Shown in pieces: positions 43,831-53,799 of a DNA stretch of 64,000 nt. Under the pieces are notes generated by a model that worked only from the letters and a program-made list of their open reading frames with translations, did no database searches and was not told the DNA's origin. The DNA comes from a virus (taxonomy: Duplodnaviria > Caudoviricetes). A program made the translations under genes and the position numbers. The stretch is taken from positions 1 to 64,000 of the IMG/VR virus record IMGVR_UViG_2832349384_000006. One strand, 5' to 3'. Numbering within the stretch: position 1 is the first letter of the stretch; each line of letters begins with the position of its first letter.

Positions 43831-44049
43831 TTAAAAATTGATGGTTTGTTGGCCGGATTTTGAGGGGTGTGGCGGGGCCGGGTTTACTTCACCGGGGCGA
43901 ACAATTGAGCGCACAAATGTTTCCATGGTGATAAAAACATGACTGCAGTTCACGTTTGTGCATTGGTTATAACGCTCTTTTGTGGTCGTGGTTATTTCAT
44001 TGCTGCTGCGGGTGTGTGCGGCATGACCACACAAAGGGCATCTCATCAT
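43831..44049 (-). CDS. ogr: Ogr/Delta late activator
   Basis: CPLC...RYNQCTNVNCSHVF zinc finger. Confidence 0.93.
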   Translation of the reverse strand: MMRCPLCGHAAHTRSSNEITTTTKERYNQCTNVNCSHVFITMETFVRSIVRPGEVNPAPPHPSKSGQQTINF

Positions 44050-44123
44050 GGCTATTCGCTCCTGCATTACCGATGCGTATACAATAGCATGATGTTTGCA
44101 AAAGCGAATAATAAACTTGCATT

Positions 44124-45212
44124 TTACTCCATATCCAAATCGGATATTTTCACTTCCAGCTCTAACGCCGTGGTAAAGCCGCCATCAGCTATGGTGTGCG
44201 TTACGGTGGTGATAATCCATTCTGCCGCGTCTATTTGCCGCTTGAACCCGCTGACCTTCACGGGGATCTCCGGGTAAAGCTCTGCCCGGCCCTTGGCCAA
44301 CTGGATAGAAAACTGCGCGGCTCCGCGCTGGATACGCTCCCAATTGGCCTTGGCCGCCCGGCGGGCATTGGATGCATTGGCATAGGTGCGGCTCAGCACC
44401 AACACGTTTTCATCCGTCCCCACTAGGTACTCCCCTTGCTTTGGCTCCTCCTTTTTCTTGGTGGTTGTTTTCCTCTTTCTCTTCACCTTAACGCTTTGCG
44501 GCGCTGCGGCGCGCGTATCCAGCCAACTGGCCGAAACCCCCGTGTAGGCGTTCCTGTCGGCCAGGCTAAACTGGTGGCTATCGCCATCACTGCGTTTTAT
44601 CGTCACTGCTGGCAGCGCCTTACCGCTGGCGCTCACACCTTGCCCCTGGCGGATAAACAGTAGATTGCCGTATTTTACAGCCGCAATGGCGCCCACACGC
44701 TGCGCCAGCCGCATAAGAAAGCTGCCGTCTGATTCATTGGTTTGATCAATGTGCTCGATAGCGACGGCCGCCATTTGTTCGCTGACGTCCGATTTCAGAT
44801 TATGACGGCCGGCCATTTCATTAACGATCGCGCCGATGGTGGTTTTTGAGTAGGACTTTTCCCGCCTGATATTCAGCGTTTGGCGAAAATCGGCACTGCG
44901 GCCGCGCAACACCACTTTATCTGGTGCGCCAGAATGTTCTATTTCATCAATGATGAACGTGCCCTTGTTAATCAGCGGCTCGTTTTTCCAACCCAATAAT
45001 AGCGCCAACTCCACACCGCGCGATGGCAGATCAATGGCGCCGTCGCTATCATCAAGCTCTATATCCAACTGGTCAGCCTCAAACCCGCGATTATCCGTCA
45101 TGGTCATAGATATCATACGGCCTTCCAGCCTGGTGGTAATATCCTTGCCTGAAAGCGTGACGCGGAATGCGGGGGCGCTGTCTCTGCCGCTTAGCCAGTC
45201 TGGGGTGTTCAC
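44124..45212 (-). CDS. D: Late control / baseplate hub protein D
   Basis: DNRGFEADQLDIEL and QTNESDGSFL motifs. Confidence 0.92.
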   Translation of the reverse strand: MNTPDWLSGRDSAPAFRVTLSGKDITTRLEGRMISMTMTDNRGFEADQLDIELDDSDGAIDLPSRGVELALLLGWKNEPLINKGTFIIDEIEHSGAPDKVVLRGRSADFRQTLNIRREKSYSKTTIGAIVNEMAGRHNLKSDVSEQMAAVAIEHIDQTNESDGSFLMRLAQRVGAIAAVKYGNLLFIRQGQGVSASGKALPAVTIKRSDGDSHQFSLADRNAYTGVSASWLDTRAAAPQSVKVKRKRKTTTKKKEEPKQGEYLVGTDENVLVLSRTYANASNARRAAKANWERIQRGAAQFSIQLAKGRAELYPEIPVKVSGFKRQIDAAEWIITTVTHTIADGGFTTALELEVKISDLDME

Positions 45213-45673
45213 GATAACAACCCCCCAATAGCCGTGGTTGCCTGATCCTTCATGATGCTTAGTTGCTCATTGAGATCACCAAACATGCTGACCAAATCCT
45301 CATCCACGCGCTTAAGCTTGAGCGTGAATTCGATTCGCCGTGCGGCGCCATCTTTAAAGAAGATGCTTTTATTCAGATCCAGCCCTTCAATAACAAACAT
45401 GCCGTAAATTGTGCCGCTGCCGTCGATCAGTGACCACGCCTTGCCCAAGTCGGCCATTGTCTGCAATGCCAGAAGCGACAGGCGGCCGCCGGTGATCTCC
45501 GGCAACAGAACGCCGCTTAGCGTTATCATGTCATTATCCGGGCCTACATATTGGGCTGTGGGCCTTTTGCCAACGCGGCTATTGGTAGGGAAGCGCCAGG
45601 CCATTTGGTGCTGCAGCTCCTGATATGGCACTGTTTCCAGCATAAATACGTATACCCCTAATGCCATCATCAT
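45209..45673 (-). CDS. U: Tail protein U
   Basis: MMALG.YVF...PYQ...WR.P.NSRVG motif. Confidence 0.92.
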   Translation of the reverse strand: MMMALGVYVFMLETVPYQELQHQMAWRFPTNSRVGKRPTAQYVGPDNDMITLSGVLLPEITGGRLSLLALQTMADLGKAWSLIDGSGTIYGMFVIEGLDLNKSIFFKDGAARRIEFTLKLKRVDEDLVSMFGDLNEQLSIMKDQATTAIGGLLS

Positions 45674-48237
45674 GATTCAAACCCCAACCCTTGATCAGAG
45701 AAGTTACTACGCGCTTTTGCCGCTTCTTTTTTCTGGTGACTTTTCAACATCTCAAACACCTCAGTAGCCACGTTTTTCTCACTTTGCCCAGGTGCCCCAT
45801 GAACAACAAGATTGATATTCGAAACGTAGCCGCCAGACGTCGCTTTTACCGGTTTGATCCCCGCGCCGGTATAGCGGCGTGAAATATCATCCGCCGTGTT
45901 ACCGGTTGGCGCCGGCTCGCCGGTGTGGCCATATTGTCGAGCGATAGGATTATTTTTCAGTAATTCGTTTGTCTGCGCCAATTCCTGGTTTTTCTTTGGC
46001 AATAGATCCAGTTTTTCCAGTATCCATGACAGGCCATCTTTTATTGTGCGCAGTGGGGTTAAGATAATATCCAGCCCGCTTTTTAATACGTTCCCGACCT
46101 TTTTCCCGGCGTCGCCGGCCAGGTTTTTAATGCTCTCCCAGGTGTCGGAAAAGTAATTTTTAACCGCGTCCCAAGTTTCCTGGGTTTTTGCCTTTGCTCT
46201 TTCCCATGCCCCGGAAATTGCGGCGCTGATCGCGTCCCATTTCTCACTGGTATAGGTACTTATCTGTTCCCAAAGTTTTTTAAACTTCGGCCCCAAAGTA
46301 TCCCAATTTGACCATAGATAAATGGCAGCGGCAGCTACACCCGCAATCACTGCCAATATAGGGTTAGCCAGCATGATGCGGCCAACCCAAAAAATTGCGC
46401 TACCCACAGCGCGGATTGATCTTGCCAACATAGCCATCACTGACGGCCCCTTAATTCCCAGCAAGGATAATGAGAAGCGCAGCAGGGCAAACGGCCCCAG
46501 CACAGCCGCTACGCCAAGCATAAGCCCACCAAAGGCCACGGTAATGGCCGTGATCACGGCGGCCGTTTTTATTAACCCGGCGGCCAGTTTAGGATGTGAT
46601 TCAATAAAGCGACGTGTCCAACCGATGGCGCTTTTTAGTCCGTCGATAACATCCAGTAGCGGCGCTCGGAGTTTTTCTCCCAGGTCGCTAAACATGTTGC
46701 TAACGCCCGTTTTTAAAAGGGCGTATTGGGATGATAGGGAATCTTTATCGATATCCGACTCCCGTTGCATTGAACCCTTGGCGCCGCCACCCTCAACCAG
46801 GGCCAGTTGACGGTTAAACTCGTCAATATTGTTAGCCAGCTTGGCTGCATCATCACCAAATTCCTTGCCAAATAGCATGGTCATTGCGCTTAATCGCTGC
46901 GATTGTGGTAGTTTTTTTATCCTTCCCAAAACATCTTTAATCGTTCCGATGGCATTCGTAGCAATCCCTTTTTCCAAATCCTTGGCATTTAATCCGAGCA
47001 ACCCCATTCCCTGAATAAAACGCTTGCCTTGCATGGAAGCAATGCCCAACTCACGCACCATAGCCTTACTGGCTGATGCCGCGACTTCGGGTTGCGTACC
47101 CAGAGAAAGGAAGGTGGAGGCTAACGCAGCTGCCTGCTTGTAATTGAGCTTGTCTGCTGTATCCCCCATGCGCTGCAGCACGTTGATGATATCCGCACCC
47201 TTGGATTGTGCGTTGTCATCCAGGTAGTTAAGCGCATCGCCTAACTCTTCAATCTTTTGAGTCGGAACGTTATAGAGAAATGCGATTTTCCCCAGATCAT
47301 CGGCTAACTGATCTGCCGGCAACTCAAAGGCTTTGGCCGCTTTTGCTGCAGTCTTGGCAAATGAAATCAAATCTGCCTTTTGTTTTTCCCACGGATCCTT
47401 GTCGCTGGAAACACCCATGCGGGCGCCGCCCTCAACCAGTGATGCAAAATCTACCGCGCCATTCTCCATCGGCAGTTGTTCCGCCGCGGCCTTGATGGTC
47501 TTTTGCATTTCGTAGTATTGAGCCGTGCGGTTGCCCTTATCATCCAGCAGGGGGTTAACCTGCTTAGCGACGCCCTTCATAGCATCCTCGATTGAGCTGT
47601 AACTCTTCACCGCCTTCAATACCGGGGCACCCATCGCTACGCCTGATGCAACCGTTGCCGCCCCTGTTCCTGCCAGGTTGTTCCTTAATTCCCGCGTCTT
47701 GTCGTACTGTTCTTTTGCCGCATTCATACGGCGCTGTTGCTCACCGGCTCGCTTGAGTTGGCGCTCCTGTTCCCGCAACTGACGGTTATAGCGCTCGGTT
47801 TCTGACGTGATTCTGCGTGTGGCGGCGGCGCCATCCTGGGCAGAGATTCCAACGTTATAAAGCCCCGCGCGAACCTGGCCCATTTGGGTGATTTGGCGGC
47901 TTTGTTTTTGTTCCAACTTAGTTACCGCGCGCCACTGATCTTCTAACGCTTTGGTTTGTTTTTTAGTCGGGTTTTCCTGGGCGCTTAATTCACGCGTCAT
48001 CATTTGCGCTTTTAGCTGGGCTGCCGCCAACTCGTCGCCGGTTTTCTTCACAGCCGTTTTCAACGAGTTAAATGACTTCAACTGATCGCCGGCCTCAGAT
48101 AGCCGCTTTAACTCATCACGCGAGGTTTTTACGGCAGCGGCGAGGGCCTTATTACTCTCGCGCATTGCTTTGAATGGCCGAGTAACTTTATCTACTGCGC
48201 TCAGGATTACCTGCAGCCGCAGGTTGCGATCACTCAT
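45670..48237 (-). CDS. T: Tape measure protein T
   Basis: MSDRNLRLQV start; TP901-type core. Confidence 0.92.
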   Translation of the reverse strand: MSDRNLRLQVILSAVDKVTRPFKAMRESNKALAAAVKTSRDELKRLSEAGDQLKSFNSLKTAVKKTGDELAAAQLKAQMMTRELSAQENPTKKQTKALEDQWRAVTKLEQKQSRQITQMGQVRAGLYNVGISAQDGAAATRRITSETERYNRQLREQERQLKRAGEQQRRMNAAKEQYDKTRELRNNLAGTGAATVASGVAMGAPVLKAVKSYSSIEDAMKGVAKQVNPLLDDKGNRTAQYYEMQKTIKAAAEQLPMENGAVDFASLVEGGARMGVSSDKDPWEKQKADLISFAKTAAKAAKAFELPADQLADDLGKIAFLYNVPTQKIEELGDALNYLDDNAQSKGADIINVLQRMGDTADKLNYKQAAALASTFLSLGTQPEVAASASKAMVRELGIASMQGKRFIQGMGLLGLNAKDLEKGIATNAIGTIKDVLGRIKKLPQSQRLSAMTMLFGKEFGDDAAKLANNIDEFNRQLALVEGGGAKGSMQRESDIDKDSLSSQYALLKTGVSNMFSDLGEKLRAPLLDVIDGLKSAIGWTRRFIESHPKLAAGLIKTAAVITAITVAFGGLMLGVAAVLGPFALLRFSLSLLGIKGPSVMAMLARSIRAVGSAIFWVGRIMLANPILAVIAGVAAAAIYLWSNWDTLGPKFKKLWEQISTYTSEKWDAISAAISGAWERAKAKTQETWDAVKNYFSDTWESIKNLAGDAGKKVGNVLKSGLDIILTPLRTIKDGLSWILEKLDLLPKKNQELAQTNELLKNNPIARQYGHTGEPAPTGNTADDISRRYTGAGIKPVKATSGGYVSNINLVVHGAPGQSEKNVATEVFEMLKSHQKKEAAKARSNFSDQGLGFES

Positions 48238-48403
48238 CACTTTCTCCGCTTCTCACCCAGGCCCGGTGGCGCCACTCCATGATCTCGGCCACTGTCATTT
48301 GATACATCTCGGACGGTGGCCAGTGGAAGATGGCAGCAATGTCCGCCATCAAATCTTCGACGGTCAGCCCTGTAGGGAATCCTGTACCGATTTCGGTAAC
48401 AAA
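48230..48403 (-). CDS. E' frameshift extension of the tail chaperone
   Basis: Slippery T TTT TTG (48400-48406); -1 frame reads ...LMADIAAIFHWPPSEM..., as P2 E+E'. Confidence 0.85.
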   Translation of the reverse strand, partial: FVTEIGTGFPTGLTVEDLMADIAAIFHWPPSEMYQMTVAEIMEWRHRAWVRSGESDE

Positions 48404-48669
48404 AAACTCACTACACCCCCCGCAAGCTGCATAAAGTCAGCTGGATCCATACTGCTGATCTCTGCAATGGTCAGTGTCGGACTGGATACGCGCGGCAAAA
48501 CGCTGGCGACTGCGTTGTAATCCAACTCCATCAATTCGGCCAACTTAACGCCGCGCAGTGCGCCTGATGCTGGCTTAGTCAGTGTTACCTTAGTTATTTC
48601 GGAATCACCGCGCTTGATCGGTGTGTCCAGGGTTACTTCGATGGGTTCTGCCATTATTTTGTGCTCCAC
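48364..48669 (-). CDS. E: Tail assembly chaperone E
   Basis: LDTPIKRG...GALRGV...D..DF motifs. Confidence 0.9.
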   Translation of the reverse strand: MEHKIMAEPIEVTLDTPIKRGDSEITKVTLTKPASGALRGVKLAELMELDYNAVASVLPRVSSPTLTIAEISSMDPADFMQLAGGVVSFLLPKSVQDSLQG

Positions 48670-48713
48670 GATTTAATAGGGAAGGGCGCCGGCTGGCGGC
48701 GCCTTGGGATGGG

Positions 48714-49229
48714 TTACAGTCCGATTGCCTGGCGGTGTTCTTCCAGCCGGTCTTCACCGTCGATAACTTCAATCATGTTCACCAGGTCGATCTCGCAAAT
48801 CTCTTCGCCGGCGATGGTCAGTTTGAAATAGGTCACAGCGGTGGAAATCTTGGTGGTTGAGTTGTCGCCTTGCTTGTGCTCGCCGGAATCCAGCTCTTTG
48901 TGGCGGCCCCGGATGATGACCTCAACAGCCTGGATCTCTGCGGTATCGTCTCGCTGGATGGAACCGGCATAGCGCAACGCCACGCCGTCGATCTTGGCCA
49001 TACCCATTTGGCGAAATACAAGGCTTTCCATACCGCCGATAGTCCATTCCACATCAAGGGCGCCATCATCCATCCCCAGATCAACGCCAACGCTGCCATT
49101 CATGCCGCCGCCGCGGTAGTTCTCCAGCTTGCGCGTGAGCTTCGGCAAGGTGAAGGTTTCCACGATCCCTTGCCAGTTGTTCCCATCAATGAACAGGTTC
49201 AGATATTTCAATTTGCGTGGTAATGCCAT
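48714..49229 (-). CDS. FII: Tail tube FII
   Basis: MALPRKLKYLNLF start. Confidence 0.95.
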   Translation of the reverse strand: MALPRKLKYLNLFIDGNNWQGIVETFTLPKLTRKLENYRGGGMNGSVGVDLGMDDGALDVEWTIGGMESLVFRQMGMAKIDGVALRYAGSIQRDDTAEIQAVEVIIRGRHKELDSGEHKQGDNSTTKISTAVTYFKLTIAGEEICEIDLVNMIEVIDGEDRLEEHRQAIGL

Positions 49230-49239
49230 TGTGAGCCCC

Positions 49240-50415
49240 TTAGCTGTTCACGTTCTGCACTAAATTAACCAGGTACTGATCCGTGATGCGCTGGCGCAAC
49301 ATCAGGTTTTCCAGTGGCGGAACCGGCGTATAGTCGTAATCAATGGTCAGCTTGCCGGCTTTCAGCGTATCTTTGTCGTTCGCTGCATCATCAATCCAGG
49401 CGCTACCGTCGATGATGTAACCCGCAGATTTCAACTCACGGAACTTGGCCTTGATACCTTCCAGAATGTCTTTGATGAGCGATGCATGGATCGGCATATC
49501 CACGGCCCACTGGTGCGCTTCTGCCATCGTGTCGGCCAGAACCTGCGCGGTGCGGGTGTAGTTTTCGAACTGGAATAACGCATCATCAGAGCAGGTGCGC
49601 GAGCCCCAAAACTTATACCCCTCGCTGCGGATCAGCGTTGTTACGTCGTTTTGGTTTAGCAAGTTGGCATCCGTTGAGCTGTCTTGCAGATCCCAAAACA
49701 CATCAGCGCTGATGCCGGTCACGCCATTGACGCCAACGTTTGACAGGGTTTTATGCCATCCGGTTTGTTGGTCAATCTTGGCGCGCAACCCCAACGCGCG
49801 CGCCGTGGCGTAGGCTGTTGCGTCTGCGCTGGTTACCGTGTCCCAACTCAGGAAGTCAGGCCAGATCAGCATGGCTTCACGCTGATTGAAGTTTTCACGG
49901 TATGCGATGGCTTCCGATACGTTTTTGCAACCGTATGCGCTCAGATATGCAAAGGCACGCAGGCTCTGTGCAACGGAAAGCAGTTCAGTTGCAACCGCCT
50001 TCGTGTCGTGGCCAGGAACGCCAAGGATGCGGGGTTTTACGCCCAACTGGCCTTGTGCAGCTAACAGCGCTTTCATGCCGGTTTTCTTCCCGGTAGCTGC
50101 ATCAACGCCGCCAATAATATTGGTCGTGGTTTCGGCTTCGGTTTCGCCCTGGGCAACACGGACAACAACGGTCACGGGTTTAGCCTGATCTGCAATTGCA
50201 TCCAGCGAGCGGGCGAGGGTGCCGCTTTCGCCGGCGCTGCCGCTGGCGGTCAGCACATCGGTAAGCAACACAGGGGTGTTTAGCGGGAATACCGTAGCGT
50301 CCGCATCGTCGGCGGTACAAACCATTCCCACGATGGCGGTGCTTACGGTTGTGATTGAGCGGGTGCCTTCGTTAATTTCAACGACTCGCACGCCATGATG
50401 ATAATCGTCAGCCAT
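49240..50415 (-). CDS. FI: Tail sheath FI
   Basis: [12 protein letters not shown] start; FWGSRTCS motif. Confidence 0.95.
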   Translation of the reverse strand: MADDYHHGVRVVEINEGTRSITTVSTAIVGMVCTADDADATVFPLNTPVLLTDVLTASGSAGESGTLARSLDAIADQAKPVTVVVRVAQGETEAETTTNIIGGVDAATGKKTGMKALLAAQGQLGVKPRILGVPGHDTKAVATELLSVAQSLRAFAYLSAYGCKNVSEAIAYRENFNQREAMLIWPDFLSWDTVTSADATAYATARALGLRAKIDQQTGWHKTLSNVGVNGVTGISADVFWDLQDSSTDANLLNQNDVTTLIRSEGYKFWGSRTCSDDALFQFENYTRTAQVLADTMAEAHQWAVDMPIHASLIKDILEGIKAKFRELKSAGYIIDGSAWIDDAANDKDTLKAGKLTIDYDYTPVPPLENLMLRQRITDQYLVNLVQNVNS

Positions 50416-50492
50416 CTGGCGGATCTCCGGTTCCGGTTAATGTTTCTCCGTTATGGTGTTCGCTGACGGCGCGCGGCGCATGTGATTGGCAT

Positions 50493-50510
50493 TGTGTGAG
50501 GGATGGCACA
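50493..50510. promoter_or_regulatory. Ogr-binding site of late promoter pF
   Basis: TGT-N12-ACA (TGTGTGAGGGATGGCACA). Confidence 0.8.
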
Positions 50511-50599
50511 AGGCGAGGGAGGCTAGCCATCTGGTATAGATATAACTGGCTGTGCTTGACGGCATGGTCAACACAGCCAGTTTTGGCTGTGCTGCAGCG

Positions 50600-51676
50600 C
50601 TATGCGGTGCGATGCCAGGCCATCAGTTTAATGTGTTTGTTGGTCACATTGATGCTGCTACCCGCACCCAGCGCGGCCGTTTTTCCTGATACCTGGTGAC
50701 CGTGATCGGGGATTGTCACCTGATGAATGTGGTTTGGCACGGGTTCGATCAACCCTTCATCGCTGTAACCATAATCAATTGCCCAACTGCGTCGGTTTGA
50801 ACTGCCACCGTCAATTGAGGTGTTGCTTTCCGCGTATTTCCCCTTGAGCGTATGCCCGCCCGCTTCTGTCGTGTCTAGCGTTCCTAGGCTCACCCCTGCG
50901 GCTGTGCCGCTAACATCAATCTGTACATTGGGCAGGTTGTCTTTGCCAATTGTGATTGTATCGCTGCCGCCCGTAGCGCCCACATCCGAGCCGTCGGCCT
51001 TCGCCAGCCGAATGACGCGATCCTCGCCAAGATACTGCCAGGTTGACCACGGCCATTTTTCGTTAGGGTTCACGTTCTGGTTAAAGAACCGCACATCACC
51101 CACCGGGTTATCCAGCTCCCAGGCGTCACGAATGGCCCCCTCCACGGCGGCGGCAATGGCGTTTTTTGTCGCCTCGTCGATCTCTGCGGCGAGGTTGTCG
51201 GCGTAGTCCTTGGCCGCACTTTCGACTTTTTGAACGTCCTCTATCGTTGCCATCACAATGCTGGGATCGGTAATCAACACTACATTTTCGGTACTGCTCA
51301 CCGCCAGGCATATTCTGATTATGCTTAGCCTTCCCGAACCTTCAGCCAGTAATGGCTTGTACGTTTCCGGCAAATTAGCCACCGCAAGGCATGTGCCATC
51401 ATTGCCAAACAATGCTGCTTCCCGCAGGGTAAAGCCGCCCACCTGGGGCGGCATGATCATTTCAGCCACAATAAGATTTTGGTCAGTCTCCGATATTTTC
51501 AGGCTGTTTAACTGCGTCCTGAACAATTCATTAACCAGGCCCGTCATGTTGGCGATCGGTGTTATTTGGCCGTCGCCTACTGCCATTTGTGTAAATCCCA
51601 CCGACTCGCCGGAAATGGATGCCTGCGCCAGTGCTTTGGCCCCTGCATTAGTCAAAATCGCATTGTATTTTGTCAT
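50600..51676 (-). CDS. Short tail fibre with P2 gpH-type N-terminus
   Basis: KYNAILTNAG...MAVGDG, ANLPETYKPLLAEGSG; HxH-containing C-terminal tip. Confidence 0.85.
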   Translation of the reverse strand: MTKYNAILTNAGAKALAQASISGESVGFTQMAVGDGQITPIANMTGLVNELFRTQLNSLKISETDQNLIVAEMIMPPQVGGFTLREAALFGNDGTCLAVANLPETYKPLLAEGSGRLSIIRICLAVSSTENVVLITDPSIVMATIEDVQKVESAAKDYADNLAAEIDEATKNAIAAAVEGAIRDAWELDNPVGDVRFFNQNVNPNEKWPWSTWQYLGEDRVIRLAKADGSDVGATGGSDTITIGKDNLPNVQIDVSGTAAGVSLGTLDTTEAGGHTLKGKYAESNTSIDGGSSNRRSWAIDYGYSDEGLIEPVPNHIHQVTIPDHGHQVSGKTAALGAGSSINVTNKHIKLMAWHRTA

Positions 51677-51687
51677 GGCATCCTCTT

Positions 51688-53037
51688 TTATTTCAGGCGC
51701 AGCGCGGCGATCAGCTCGCCAAGTGATGAAAACTCCTCATCGCTGCTATACACCTCTGGTACGGTAATGCGATACATGGCGCGCGGTGAAGTATATGGCG
51801 TTGTCATCATCAGCAGATCTGCGCCGTTAATCTTCTCGTTTCTGATGCGCAACAGGCGGCGGAAACCGGAAGGCGTCAGGACGGAGTAGCGCCAGCCGTC
51901 GCCTCTGTTCCTCGCCATGACCGGCCAGGCGATATTTTGAGAAGGATCGGCCGCGTTATTCCCGATTTCGATAGAGAAAAACAAGCGGGTTTCACCTTTG
52001 GTTACTGTGGCCGAAAGCGCTGCACCCGTCTGGATATCATCGAATTGCTGTAAATCAACGATGGTTTCATGCACCCATTGCGCACCGTCAAAGACGGAAA
52101 ACACAACATTGAAGCCGCCAAAAGTGCCACCATCAATGCCCTGGGCGCGGTGACGATATAATGCGCCAACAAACCGGCTGCCATTCATGCAGAGCTTACC
52201 GGATTGAACGCCGGCAATAACATTCGAACTGGTGCTATTGGCAACGAAATATTCACCGTCTTCCAATTCTCGGATATGAAAATTAAACCCCGCCGTCGTG
52301 TCATGAGGGATCGGAATCGACTCACCCGACACGCTATGCAACTGACCGGATTGCTTGTCATAAACGCCATAGGATGGCAGGTGGCGCAGTGTTCCGGCAC
52401 CCAGCGGCCCCCATTCCCACAAAATATGAATATGGTCGCGTGTGACAACCAGATCATTCGGGTAAAACGTCCGCTCAAACTCATAGCCTATTTGTGCAAT
52501 GCGACTCCAGGCCATTGCGTCCAGCGAGTAGCGGTAAAGCTGCCCCTGTTGGGATACGTTGGTAATAGGGAAGTCGCGCACGATGGCATATACATCGCCG
52601 TTATTGTCTTGTGCGAGGATAGGGTAGGAATTCCCCCAGGTGGTATCCGGCATCAGAATAAAGCGTTTCATTGTGGTGACGTCGAAAGGCTTTTCCGATC
52701 GGAAAATCCGCCAGGTGTCGATGTGCATTGAGGTGAACACCCAGATATATCCCTTTCCATCAACGGCAACCGATGGCTGATTGTGGCCGTTGTCGCTGGG
52801 GAAAATCGCCTCCGAATCATCCGACAGGCGGCAGTAGTCAGACGTAAAACTGCCGTCCGAATTGCGGATAGCCACTTTTACCTTGTGGGTGCCTTCACTG
52901 GTGGCGGTTGATGCCTCTTCCGTGACAATGTAGGCATACACCTCCTTGCCAAATTTCACCGTGAGCGGCTTCCACCATGCCGATTGCATGGTGCGTTCGA
53001 CTTCATCAGGGAAAAGGGTGATTTCTGCGTTATTCAT
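51688..53037 (-). CDS. BNR-repeat (sialidase-like beta-propeller) protein
   Basis: DNGHNQPSVAVDGKGYIWVFTSMH...YFRS-like and SYP motifs recall the BNR_4 family. Confidence 0.65.
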   Translation of the reverse strand: MNNAEITLFPDEVERTMQSAWWKPLTVKFGKEVYAYIVTEEASTATSEGTHKVKVAIRNSDGSFTSDYCRLSDDSEAIFPSDNGHNQPSVAVDGKGYIWVFTSMHIDTWRIFRSEKPFDVTTMKRFILMPDTTWGNSYPILAQDNNGDVYAIVRDFPITNVSQQGQLYRYSLDAMAWSRIAQIGYEFERTFYPNDLVVTRDHIHILWEWGPLGAGTLRHLPSYGVYDKQSGQLHSVSGESIPIPHDTTAGFNFHIRELEDGEYFVANSTSSNVIAGVQSGKLCMNGSRFVGALYRHRAQGIDGGTFGGFNVVFSVFDGAQWVHETIVDLQQFDDIQTGAALSATVTKGETRLFFSIEIGNNAADPSQNIAWPVMARNRGDGWRYSVLTPSGFRRLLRIRNEKINGADLLMMTTPYTSPRAMYRITVPEVYSSDEEFSSLGELIAALRLK

Positions 53038-53785
53038 ACATTACCGCTCCCATATCTGCGGCGTAATCATTCAGATAATTGCCCATCGTTAATAATTCAT
53101 CGTCAGTGAGCAGGCGAGGGAATGAGGCGCCCGCCAGCACGCGTTGCGAGGTCTGATTACCGTCGGGCTGTAAACTCGAACCGCCAACACGGGTGCGCCC
53201 TGTGGTTTTTGATAACGGATAGGCGTAAGTTTTGTTTGTTACCATCTTCCCGCCATAGATAACGCCAAACTTGGCCCCCGTATCATCTCCGCTGATAAAT
53301 AGCGTCAGGCACCCGTCTGGCTCTGAAGGCATATCAATGCCCCGTTCCTGCGCCTGGAATACCTTGCCCTCATAGCCGGGCACAAAGCGGAATGAGGGAT
53401 ACCCCGAACCCGTCACACCGCTGCCGCGCTCGACCGTCAGTGACTTGCCCGCTTCGGTGCCATCAAAACCGAAACCAAAAATCTTTGCGCCTTTGTTGAA
53501 AATGCCAGTGATCAGCGCCGTCCGAGGTACGTTCTGCGTAACGTCCAGATCGAAATAGGCAACAGCACTGCCATCGGCTTTAAATCCTGGGTTATCAATC
53601 TTCCAGGGGCCATTTAACGTTAACTGACCTACCAGATCGCCATAAAGACGCATACGAAATTCATCGTCGTAATCACTGTTGCCGGCTAAAAACAACGCGT
53701 TGTAATCCGGTACAGGCGAAATCACCGTATCAACCGTATCCACAGTGCTTAAAATCATGGTTTCATCTTTTAATACAATGCCCAT
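53030..53785 (-). CDS. Putative LamG/ConA-like jelly-roll tail protein
   Basis: Beta-rich; C-terminal FPRLLTDDEL motif typical of LamG-like domains. Confidence 0.5.
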   Translation of the reverse strand: MGIVLKDETMILSTVDTVDTVISPVPDYNALFLAGNSDYDDEFRMRLYGDLVGQLTLNGPWKIDNPGFKADGSAVAYFDLDVTQNVPRTALITGIFNKGAKIFGFGFDGTEAGKSLTVERGSGVTGSGYPSFRFVPGYEGKVFQAQERGIDMPSEPDGCLTLFISGDDTGAKFGVIYGGKMVTNKTYAYPLSKTTGRTRVGGSSLQPDGNQTSQRVLAGASFPRLLTDDELLTMGNYLNDYAADMGAVMYE

Positions 53786-53799
53786 TATTCATTACCTCG

